From Prosthecomicrobium sp. (GTDB lineage: Bacteria; Pseudomonadota; Alphaproteobacteria; Rhizobiales; Ancalomicrobiaceae), in assembly GCA_048497495.1 (NCBI GenBank), contig JAFHCF010000159.1, forward strand, positions 20,173-84,172: DNA of 64,000 bases, given 5' to 3'. The position numbers and the translations under genes are program-made. Shown here piece after piece: positions 37,129 through 44,766 of the stretch. The notes beneath the pieces were generated by a model. The model ran no database searches and had not been told where the DNA came from. It worked only from the letters and a program-made list of their open reading frames with translations. Numbering within the stretch: position 1 is the stretch's first letter; each line of letters opens with the position of its first letter.

Positions 37129-38151
37129 TCAAGCTCTGGCTACCTGAACCGAAACTCTTGCAACATTGTAGAGTGTGACCGCTCCACCCACAGCTTTGGC
37201 TGGATCGAATAGCGCCAAGTTGATGCCATCACTCACAGAACTACGATAGACAACGCCATCGAAGCCGCATTTCTTGATAAACTCGCACAGATACTGACTC
37301 GGGATATAGTCGATAGCTGCGCCGGAAGGCAGTACCGGGCGCGTGAGTTCCTCACCGAGCCGCTCGAGAAAGGGAAGGTCGGCGCGAAGTTGTCCGATGT
37401 TGCTAGCGTCCGAGAGGTCGAAGGGCGACACGACTTTGCGCGGATTTCGCAGATCGACCGCGCTAATCTCGGGAATTGCGAAGTCGGCAACGCAGGCAAC
37501 CTCTCCCGTGTGAGGCCGCACCTCCGCTGTCGCTGTCTCCGGCGTTGAGCCAAGGTAGAGGTAAGGAATGCCGGCGGGGTTCGCCCGGCCGTGGGAGGCC
37601 TGACGCTTCGGCGGCGCGCCCATCTCCTCGATCAGATAATCGTCGTCACCCGAGCGGATTCGCGCACGAAACCACCGCCATGGTACATCCTTGATCAGCA
37701 GCATTGGGAGCAGTTGACGTAGGCGATCCTCGTCAATTTCTGTGTCCAGAAACCAACGGTTTCGGTACATCATCTCATCGCGCAAAGTCTCCCACCGCAC
37801 TAGACCTTCGCTTCGATAGACGGAGGACGGAGAAAAAGGCTTCCGCACGACTTCGCCGTCATCGAGGATCTCGCCAAGTAGCTCCTTGGCATGTGCCACG
37901 TCCATCAGGGGATGAGTAAAAAGTTGCCAATCCTCCTTCATCCAATCGACGAGCGACTTACCGTCCGGAGCGGGCTCATAGACGTTGGCGAGAAGTTCGA
38001 AATAGGTGCGGAGCGCGATCGGCTCAAGCAGCGCAACATTCTTCGTTCCGCAAAAATCGCAGGTGCCCTGTTTGGCCCCGAGGAATGAGAAGATATTGTT
38101 CCGCAACGCGCGGTCATCAAAGCATTCCGGGCAACAAAACTTCATAGCCAT
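37129..38151 (-). CDS. Zinc-ribbon + RES-domain protein (third gene of the low-GC operon)
   Basis: N-terminal CPEC-x20-CDFC. C-terminal RES signature: HGRANPAGIPYLYLGSTPETATAEVRPH ... DGVVYRSSVSDGINLALFDP. Start preferred at 38151 (7 nt after the upstream stop, GAGG RBS); alternative is 38178. Confidence 0.8.
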   Translation of the reverse strand: MAMKFCCPECFDDRALRNNIFSFLGAKQGTCDFCGTKNVALLEPIALRTYFELLANVYEPAPDGKSLVDWMKEDWQLFTHPLMDVAHAKELLGEILDDGEVVRKPFSPSSVYRSEGLVRWETLRDEMMYRNRWFLDTEIDEDRLRQLLPMLLIKDVPWRWFRARIRSGDDDYLIEEMGAPPKRQASHGRANPAGIPYLYLGSTPETATAEVRPHTGEVACVADFAIPEISAVDLRNPRKVVSPFDLSDASNIGQLRADLPFLERLGEELTRPVLPSGAAIDYIPSQYLCEFIKKCGFDGVVYRSSVSDGINLALFDPAKAVGGAVTLYNVARVSVQVARA

Positions 38152-38158
38152 CTTGGCC

Positions 38159-39094
38159 TCAGGTGAGATAAGCCGCAAGTGTCTCGATATGATGCCTCAT
38201 CGAGAGCTTCTTCACATGTCCCAACCCGGGAAAATGACCCTTGGCATGTAATTCTCGGAACTCATTGATCGCAGTAGTTTCGTAAATTTTCGACGTCCCA
38301 CTATCAATCTTCTTGATCAATTTAGTAAGAGCTTGGCTAAACTTTCCGGCGGGGTTGACCGGCGTATCATTTGTGCTAGAGACGAAGTGATAAATGAACA
38401 TTACATCGTCTTGATCGGGGTCAATAAAAGTAATATGGATCGCGACTGCGTAAGCAGGACCACCGCCCTCCGAATAGTTGTCGCCGACAATAAGAAAATC
38501 GCCAAAACCCTGCATGCCCCGATCCCCATAGGTAACATGAAGGTCAGAAAACTCCTCTTTCTCCGGATAGTCTGCGTTGCGCTGTCGTTTGAAACCGTCG
38601 CCCACCAATATCCGAGTGCTGCTCTCGAAATGTTTCCGATAAAGGATGCGATCATGATCTTCGATGAAGACGTGCTTTGAGCCGGCAAGGTCCACGCCTA
38701 GATATTCAGCTAATGATTTTGGTGTCGTGAAGCCGGAGTGCACGAAGGTGGGGTTGTGATCCTTATGTGCGTCAAAGTAACGAGTAGCCTCACCAATCGA
38801 CACTCGGTTGCTAAGTAAAATACCAGCCGAGATCGAATCGTTTCCGAGATACCCCTCCCGAAGCAGTTCGGAGATGCTGGTTCCGTCCTCACCGTGATCG
38901 CCGTGATAGGGGTTGACGATTACGATCGCTCTGCCTTTCGCGGCGCAGATTGCCTTCAACGTCCGTTCAAGACCTCCGAGCGCTTCTTTGACCGGCTCGA
39001 TAATGGGCACAAATCCCGACTGGGCGAGCAGTCCCGCCGACTCGCGAATTGTTATCAATTCAAACTGTTTTCCGCGAAAATAGGGATGATACAT
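38159..39094 (-). CDS. sce7725-like family protein, function unknown
   Basis: 311 aa, MYHPYFRGKQFELITIRESAGLL.... From memory the N-terminus and size fit the NCBIfam 'sce7725 family', which pairs with 'sce7726 family'. AT-rich codon usage. Confidence 0.6.
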   Translation of the reverse strand: MYHPYFRGKQFELITIRESAGLLAQSGFVPIIEPVKEALGGLERTLKAICAAKGRAIVIVNPYHGDHGEDGTSISELLREGYLGNDSISAGILLSNRVSIGEATRYFDAHKDHNPTFVHSGFTTPKSLAEYLGVDLAGSKHVFIEDHDRILYRKHFESSTRILVGDGFKRQRNADYPEKEEFSDLHVTYGDRGMQGFGDFLIVGDNYSEGGGPAYAVAIHITFIDPDQDDVMFIYHFVSSTNDTPVNPAGKFSQALTKLIKKIDSGTSKIYETTAINEFRELHAKGHFPGLGHVKKLSMRHHIETLAAYLT

Positions 39095-39100
39095 GGTGTT

Positions 39101-39988
39101 CTATGCCCAGGTCATTGCTGCCGAGAGAGGCACCGAAATGGACTGTACGAGGCGACTATGATCAGACCGTCGCAGCGGAATGGACAGCGCGGCGGCATGA
39201 AGTGAGCTGGGAAGCTGATCGACGAGAGCGCTTAATGGTGCAAGGGTGCGGGAGCGCTTCAGTGTGCTCACCATCTCACGGTGCAACTCGGCGGGTTTCA
39301 GCGCGGTGAACAGCTCGCGCAGGACGCCGTGCCGTTGGGTATTGGGAACGTCTGGCACCTTGACGCCAAGGGCATTCAGGATCGCAACTGCTTCGGTTGA
39401 GCGAAGAGATTCCAATACCGTCAGAGGACAGATGCGATGCGGATCGTCTATCGCCTGCTGCACGACCGAGATATTGTAGCGCTTCGATAGGCACATAATC
39501 CCGACGTCGTCCGGGACCAACAGTCGAACACTATCGACATGACTCTCGCCCACGATCACGTTCACCGTCGCAAAGACGCGTTTATAATTTTCAACTTGAT
39601 TGAGCAACCTCGCAAGCGAATCGCGCTCAGATTTGATTTCATAGACGGTCGCCGTACCATTTAGGATTACCAGATCGGCTTTACATGAACCAGCTCGGAA
39701 TTCATTGAGCATTGAGGCGGTGCGAAGTGAATGTTTCCCGATCAAAATTTTATGGGTGAGCGCGGCCCGATAGACATATTCGTCACGAAGCCCGGAGATC
39801 TTGAGTATCGCAAATGCTGAATCGAATGCATCTCCGACGGTCGCCCCGGCGCCACACCGGCTCGCGATGCGTGTCAGATCAATCAAGCGCTTGAAGAGCG
39901 CAGAGCGTCCATTCTTGGCCAGTTCACGGAACACAGCCGAAGAAAATAGGCGCGTCAGCGCTGACAGCTCGGTTGCACTCGGATTCAC
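39101..39988 (-). CDS. sce7726-like family protein with a PD-(D/E)xK nuclease-type motif
   Basis: 295 aa. EYVYRAALTHKILIGKHSLRTASMLNEFRAGSCKADLVILNGTATVYEIKSERDSLARLLNQVENY contains D-x11-E-x-K. GTG start with a GGGGGAG RBS. Confidence 0.6.
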   Translation of the reverse strand: MNPSATELSALTRLFSSAVFRELAKNGRSALFKRLIDLTRIASRCGAGATVGDAFDSAFAILKISGLRDEYVYRAALTHKILIGKHSLRTASMLNEFRAGSCKADLVILNGTATVYEIKSERDSLARLLNQVENYKRVFATVNVIVGESHVDSVRLLVPDDVGIMCLSKRYNISVVQQAIDDPHRICPLTVLESLRSTEAVAILNALGVKVPDVPNTQRHGVLRELFTALKPAELHREMVSTLKRSRTLAPLSALVDQLPSSLHAAALSIPLRRSDHSRLVQSISVPLSAAMTWA

Positions 39989-40294
39989 AGCTCCCCCGAT
40001 TCAGCGCGTTGAATGCGATTTCTCGCGCATTTATCGCACAATCCTCGTTAAAGAGAACCGAGCATTTTGCCGGATCAATGCCTCCAGGCCGGGGTTGGTC
40101 TCCATATGTGAGAGAACCCGTGAGACTGTCGAGACGCATTGCTGCTTGGCTCACAATCGGCCAAGGAGTTAATGTCAAAAAGGCTGTTCTCTTTCCGCGC
40201 AAAACGGAATCCACCCGAAACCGGTGTACCCAGTAAGCCTCACGTGCTCGTTCGCATTCCCGGCAGATCCTGACGTGCTCACAGTCGGTCGCCC

Positions 40295-40618
40295 TTGTCA
40301 TTTTGTCCATTAAATGGGACACTTCTTCATGGTCGAAGTCCGGTAGCGGAACGCTTCGAAGCTTGGCTCTCCGGCCCTGCCGATCTTCGGGCACGGGCTC
40401 GCATCTTGGTGCGGATCGACCGCCTCGCACTCGGGAACGCGGGAGATGCGAAGCCGGTCGGGCGTGGTGTCTCGGAACTGCGGATCGACTACGGGCCGGG
40501 ATACCGGGTCTATTTCGTTCGACGTGGCGAGGCGTTGATCATCCTGCTTGCCGGCGGCGACAAGCGCACGCAGGCGCGGGACATCGAAACCGCGCTCGCC
40601 ATGGTGGCGGAACTCTGA
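40295..40618 (+). CDS. Addiction-module killer toxin, copy 2, native N-terminus destroyed (possibly a pseudogene)
   Basis: ERFEAWLSGPADLRARARILVRIDRLALGNAGDAKPVGRGVSELRIDYGPGYRVYFVRRGEALIILLAGGDKRTQARDIE is intact. However, the native ATG (40329) reads MVEVR-stop and is out of frame by a 1-nt deletion. Only an upstream TTG (40295) opens the frame. Confidence 0.55.
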   Translation: MSFCPLNGTLLHGRSPVAERFEAWLSGPADLRARARILVRIDRLALGNAGDAKPVGRGVSELRIDYGPGYRVYFVRRGEALIILLAGGDKRTQARDIETALAMVAEL

Positions 40619-40628
40619 GGGACGAGAC

Positions 40629-40934
40629 ATGGCACCGCTGGAAACCAAGCCCTTCGATTCCGCCGAGCATCTTCGGACCGACGAAGACGTTGCCGCCTAT
40701 CTCGAAGCCGCGTTCGAAGACGGCGATCCGGCGCTCGTCGCTCATGCACTCGGCGTGATCGCCCGCACGCGCGGCATGACCAAGCTCGCCCGAGAAACCG
40801 GCATCGGCCGGCAGAGCCTCTATGTCGCGCTCTCCGAAGGCGGCAACCCGACGCTGGCGAATTTCATGGCGATCACCAAGGCGCTCGGGCTTGCCGTCCG
40901 GGTGGAGCCCATCCAGCACGAAGCGGCGGAATGA
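40629..40934 (+). CDS. Addiction-module antidote protein (HTH)
   Basis: MAPLETKPFDSAEHLRTDEDVAAYLEAAFEDGDPALVAHALGVIARTRGMTKLARETGIGRQSLYVALSEGGNPTLANFMAITKALGL is the canonical antidote pattern. Confidence 0.85.
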   Translation: MAPLETKPFDSAEHLRTDEDVAAYLEAAFEDGDPALVAHALGVIARTRGMTKLARETGIGRQSLYVALSEGGNPTLANFMAITKALGLAVRVEPIQHEAAE

Positions 40935-41776
40935 GCATGACCAAGCTCGGAACGGGCCTGATCGAGAGCGCGAGGGACGCCCTGACCATGGCGGGCGATG
41001 GTTCCAATCCTGCCCGCCTCACCCCCTTCGATGCCGCCGGCAACATCGACAGTGGTGAGACCGCTGCCGAGGGTGTACCGCCATTGATGGACAACAACGA
41101 ACGTCTGAATATCTTTGAACAATCGCATCAAGGTTTCCGCGATGTGGTTTATCAATTGGCCGACATAGCCGGCATTGCCCATTCTAACGTGAGCGAAATT
41201 GGCTACATTATCAGCTTACTCAATAGCGCGTTGATTGGTTCAATAGTCATTGAGCCCGGCGACGACGGGATAATGAGCGGATGGCAGAAGCCGTACACTG
41301 CAGTGAAATACAATAAAAAGCTGGATATTATGGAGAACACTGTCAGATTTATGAAAGTGACGCAGAAATTGCTTTCCGATGATGCAATGCACTATGCCAT
41401 TTCAAACGAGATTCGCCGCAAGCGATACCCGGTAAAAACAAAAGATGAACTTGGGGAGCGCTACTTTGAGATCTCAAATGATCTAGACCGCTTACGTCGC
41501 GATATGGAGCCAATCGCGTCAGCACTTAAATCCATAGCTAAAACGGCAAGAAAGAAGACACACAAGGGGCGAGAACCCGAGTGGAACAAGTATCGAATTG
41601 TCTGGGAAGCTGCGGAATTTTTCGATGACGCGAGCTGCCACAAGCCCTCGCCTGCCAAGACGTCGCCATTCACGGCATTCGTAGAGCAAATTTTCACGTT
41701 CGCATTCAAGACGAAGAAGCACCCCGATGTGTCGAGGATCATCCGGGCGGCCTTGAGGGAGCGCCCGTTACGTTAA
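40931..41776 (+). CDS. Chimeric ORF: 52 GC-rich codons paralogous to ORF 31948, fused in frame to a low-GC orphan (229 aa from the internal ATG at 41087)
   Basis: MSMTKLGTGLIESARDALTMAGDGSNPARLTPFDAA parallels MSKFGKEMIESAGEALAMAGGGSERARLAPFDAA. From ~41087 the DNA turns AT-rich and I recognise no family. ATGA overlap with the antidote stop. Confidence 0.5.
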   Translation: MSMTKLGTGLIESARDALTMAGDGSNPARLTPFDAAGNIDSGETAAEGVPPLMDNNERLNIFEQSHQGFRDVVYQLADIAGIAHSNVSEIGYIISLLNSALIGSIVIEPGDDGIMSGWQKPYTAVKYNKKLDIMENTVRFMKVTQKLLSDDAMHYAISNEIRRKRYPVKTKDELGERYFEISNDLDRLRRDMEPIASALKSIAKTARKKTHKGREPEWNKYRIVWEAAEFFDDASCHKPSPAKTSPFTAFVEQIFTFAFKTKKHPDVSRIIRAALRERPLR

Positions 41777-41830
41777 TCGCGAATTTTCGTGGAATAACGT
41801 CCCTCCCGCCGCGTCCGTCAGATCGCGATC

Positions 41831-42049
41831 ATGGACACCTCCGACCGATGGAGTGCGCCCATGCACATACCTCCCGAAATCCTCGCCTACCGCATCAACG
41901 ACGCCTGCCGTGCTCTCAGTCTCGGACGTTCGACGCTCTACAAGCTGATCAACGAAGGCAAGCTCAAGTCGATCACCATCGCCGGCCGGACCTTGATCCC
42001 ACGTTCCGAGATCGAGCGCCTCATTTCGGAGGCGTCGGCCGATGCGTGA
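41831..42049 (+). CDS. AlpA/excisionase-type HTH DNA-binding protein
   Basis: EILAYRINDACRALSLGRSTLYKLINEGKLKSITIAGRTLIPRSEIERLI is the MerR-superfamily excisionase/AlpA pattern. Confidence 0.8.
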   Translation: MDTSDRWSAPMHIPPEILAYRINDACRALSLGRSTLYKLINEGKLKSITIAGRTLIPRSEIERLISEASADA

Positions 42050-42302
42050 TCGGTTCTCCCGCGAGAATTCGCAACGCCCCTGTGCTCCGATCGCGTGGCG
42101 CCGCCGCTCGCTCGACCGCCTCACCAAGGCGATCGACGACTTCAGCCTGAACACGTTGGACGCGATCCGGGCGAGCGGCTTCGACGAAGCCGTTGCCCTG
42201 CGTGCCGTCACCGAAGGGCGAAAGGCGATCTCCGCCGTTCTGGTGAGCACGGTCGAACCCCAGATGATCGAGGATGCGACGGAGGCCGGCAATGCAAGCT
42301 GA
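42042..42302 (+). CDS. Small hypothetical protein, translationally coupled between the AlpA-like and DUF3631 genes
   Basis: 8-nt overlap upstream and 11-nt overlap downstream. No recognisable domain. Confidence 0.45.
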   Translation: MRDRFSRENSQRPCAPIAWRRRSLDRLTKAIDDFSLNTLDAIRASGFDEAVALRAVTEGRKAISAVLVSTVEPQMIEDATEAGNAS

Positions 42303-43653
42303 TCGCGCCACCGTTCACCCCCTGCCCGTGCCATCCCCGGCGCCCAAGAAGCGCAAAGCCGAGCCGAAGGCCGCCGGGTCGATCCTCTTCCCCGAGGTCG
42401 AGCCATGGCCGGGGCCGCTCGACGTCGGGACGCTCCTGAACGACATACGGGCGACGATCCGTCGCCACATCGTCTGTCCGACCGAGGCCACGATCGCCGC
42501 CGCCCTGTGGATCGCCTTCACTTGGGTGATCGACTTCGTTCAAGTCGCCCCACTCGCCGTCATCACCGCGCCGGAAAAACGGTGCGGCAAGTCACAGTTT
42601 CTCGATCTCATCGGCCGCATGGTCCGAAAGCCGCTCGTCGCCTCGGGGATCACATCCGCCGCGACGTTCCGGGTGATCGAAGCCCACGCCCCGACCCTGC
42701 TGATCGACGAAGCCGACACCTTCATGAAGGACAATGAAGGCCTTCGCGGGGTGATCAACAGTGGCCATACGCGCCAGAGCGCCTTCGTGATCCGAACCGT
42801 CGGCGACACCCACGAACCGCGTCAATTCTCGACTTGGGGAGCCAAGGCGATTTCGGGGATCGGCAACTTGCCGGCGACGATCATGGATCGGGCGATCATC
42901 CTCGAACTTCGGCGGAAGCTGCCGAGCGAGACCGTCGAACGGCTGCGTCACGCCGACCCCGGCCACTTCGACATGTTGGCGCGGAAGCTCGCCCGCTTCG
43001 CCGAATTGCATGGCGAAGAGATCCGCCGGTCGCGGCCTCGTCTCCCCGACGCCCTGAACGATCGCGCCCAAGACAATTGGGACCCCCTTCTCGCCATCGC
43101 CGACGTTGCCGGCGGGGCATGGCCCGACCTCGCCCGCCGCGTCGCTCTGAAGCTCTCGGCGGTCGACGAGGCGGTGGTCTCGACCGGCGCCGAACTCCTC
43201 TCCGACATTCGCGCCGCCTTCGACCAAGGCGGGCGGGATCGTCTCACCTCCGCCGACCTCATCGCCCGACTCTGCGACGACGAAGAGGCGGCTTGGGCGA
43301 CCTACGATCGCGGCCGTCCTCTCTCGCCGCGCCAACTCGGGAAGAGGCTCGGCGAATACCGCATCACCTCGCGCAAGATCCGCTTCGGCGTGACCACCGC
43401 CCAAGGCTTCGAACGGTCGCAATTCGAAGATGTCTGGTTGCGTTATCTCGACGTCTGCCCAACGCCCCCCGACTCTTCCGGAACGCCGGAACAATCAAAT
43501 GAAATCAATGAATTGATGTTCCGGATGCCGGATCATGTTCCGGAGCACTCGAGCCCTTCCGGAACAGGTAAGCCATTGAAATCAGACGATTGTTCCGGTG
43601 TTCCGGATGGAAGCCCCCTTGCGGGCGAAACCGAATGGGAGGAAGAGCTTTGA
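42292..43653 (+). CDS. DUF3631 domain protein (P4-like island replication/primase-associated module)
   Basis: LFPEVEPWPGPLDVGTLLNDI...APLAVITAPEKRCGKSQFLDLIG...PTLLIDEADTFMKDNEGLRGVINSGHTR...FSTWGAKAISGIGNLPATIMDRAIILELRRK is the DUF3631 pattern. Confidence 0.8.
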   Translation: MQADRATVHPLPVPSPAPKKRKAEPKAAGSILFPEVEPWPGPLDVGTLLNDIRATIRRHIVCPTEATIAAALWIAFTWVIDFVQVAPLAVITAPEKRCGKSQFLDLIGRMVRKPLVASGITSAATFRVIEAHAPTLLIDEADTFMKDNEGLRGVINSGHTRQSAFVIRTVGDTHEPRQFSTWGAKAISGIGNLPATIMDRAIILELRRKLPSETVERLRHADPGHFDMLARKLARFAELHGEEIRRSRPRLPDALNDRAQDNWDPLLAIADVAGGAWPDLARRVALKLSAVDEAVVSTGAELLSDIRAAFDQGGRDRLTSADLIARLCDDEEAAWATYDRGRPLSPRQLGKRLGEYRITSRKIRFGVTTAQGFERSQFEDVWLRYLDVCPTPPDSSGTPEQSNEINELMFRMPDHVPEHSSPSGTGKPLKSDDCSGVPDGSPLAGETEWEEEL

Positions 43654-44132
43654 ACGCCGCCCGTCTCTTGGCCGAAGCCTCCGCCCTGGGGGCGCATTTC
43701 CGCCTCGTCGACGGCCGGGTGAAGGTCGCCGCGCCGCGCCCCTTGCCGGTCGATCTCATGGGCGAACTGCGAGCGCGGAAAGACGAGATCGCCCGCACTC
43801 TTTCGGCTTCATCGACCCCCTATACTACCGCCTTCGACGACCTGCGGCGCGCTTGCCCGGCCGGTGTTGCCGAAACCCGCTGGCGTCTCGCCGTCGCCGA
43901 TGCCGGCCAGTTTCTCGACCGATGGGGGACGACGGCCGCCGCTTTCGAATGGCCGGCACCCGACCTCTTCGACCGGACCGAACACGGCGCCGATGGGCTC
44001 CTGTGGGAACTCGGCGGCCGGGCGGTGGTCGCCCTGACCGCAGGCGGCGCCATGCTCGGCGAGAACGCCACCACCTCGCGGGCTTGGTACGCCCGCCCGC
44101 TCGAAAGGCGCACCGATGCCGCGACCGCGTGA
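43635..44132 (+). CDS. Hypothetical island protein
   Basis: Same strand and overlapping neighbours, with GC-rich codon usage. The start is uncertain (43635 ATG or TTG ~43650). Confidence 0.4.
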   Translation: MGGRALNAARLLAEASALGAHFRLVDGRVKVAAPRPLPVDLMGELRARKDEIARTLSASSTPYTTAFDDLRRACPAGVAETRWRLAVADAGQFLDRWGTTAAAFEWPAPDLFDRTEHGADGLLWELGGRAVVALTAGGAMLGENATTSRAWYARPLERRTDAATA

Positions 44133-44718
44133 ACGGGTCCGTCTCGAAGACGGCTTGAAACTCGATCTGAACCGCCTCCTACGTCAGAACCTCGTGAAGT
44201 CGGGCGCGGCGTGGGGATCGACGATCTTCTGGCACGAACGGATGTCCGGTCGCGAGATCGCCTCCGGTCGAGTTTCCGCCGACATGACCGGCGATCGGCG
44301 CGGATGGTTGCGGCTGCAACTCGGCACTCTCGATCAGTCGATCGATCTCGAAGCCCTCCCCCGGCCCTACGGCGGTCGGCAATGGTACTTCCTTTGCCCT
44401 TGGACTCGTCGGCGGGCGTCGGTGCTGTGGATGCCGCCCGGCGCGCACAGCTTCGCGAGCCGCTTCACCTGGGGCAGGCAAGTCGCCTACGGCTCCCAAT
44501 TCCAGAGCCCCTTCGACCGTGCCCTGAGCGCAGCGCAGGACATTCGATATCGGTTAGGCGGTTCGGACTACGTGTCGCTGGACGAAATGCCGCCGCCTAA
44601 GCCGAAGGGGATGCGGTGGCGCACCTATGCCGCCATCATGAGCCGCTGCGAGGCCCACGAAATCACCGTCGACCGGCATCTCGCCGGCTTCATCGAACGG
44701 CTCGAGGGGCACCGATGA
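44116..44718 (+). CDS. Hypothetical island protein
   Basis: 200 aa (..RQWYFLCPWTRRRASVLWMPPGA..). No domain recognised. Overlaps the preceding ORF by 17 nt. Confidence 0.5.
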   Translation: MPRPRERVRLEDGLKLDLNRLLRQNLVKSGAAWGSTIFWHERMSGREIASGRVSADMTGDRRGWLRLQLGTLDQSIDLEALPRPYGGRQWYFLCPWTRRRASVLWMPPGAHSFASRFTWGRQVAYGSQFQSPFDRALSAAQDIRYRLGGSDYVSLDEMPPPKPKGMRWRTYAAIMSRCEAHEITVDRHLAGFIERLEGHR

Positions 44719-44766
44719 AATCGGAGTTGGCCAACAGATTTCGAAACCTCCGAACCGGTCGGCCGA

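Noticed and set aside
39924-40430. 168-aa minus ORF upstream of and overlapping the sce7726-like gene (possible small Cys-containing protein MTRATDCEHVRICRECERA...)
   Set aside because: Its 5' half is merely antisense to the killer-toxin copy 2, and the same artefact appears at copy 1 (35386-35604). It overlaps the sce7726-like gene out of frame by 64 nt. It could hide a small leader gene or the operon promoter, but this is not supportable from sequence alone.
42834-43502. Alternative-frame ORFs inside the DUF3631 gene (222 aa +, 300 aa -)
   Set aside because: They are shadow frames with Arg/Pro-rich composition. The DUF3631 frame has clear family motifs.
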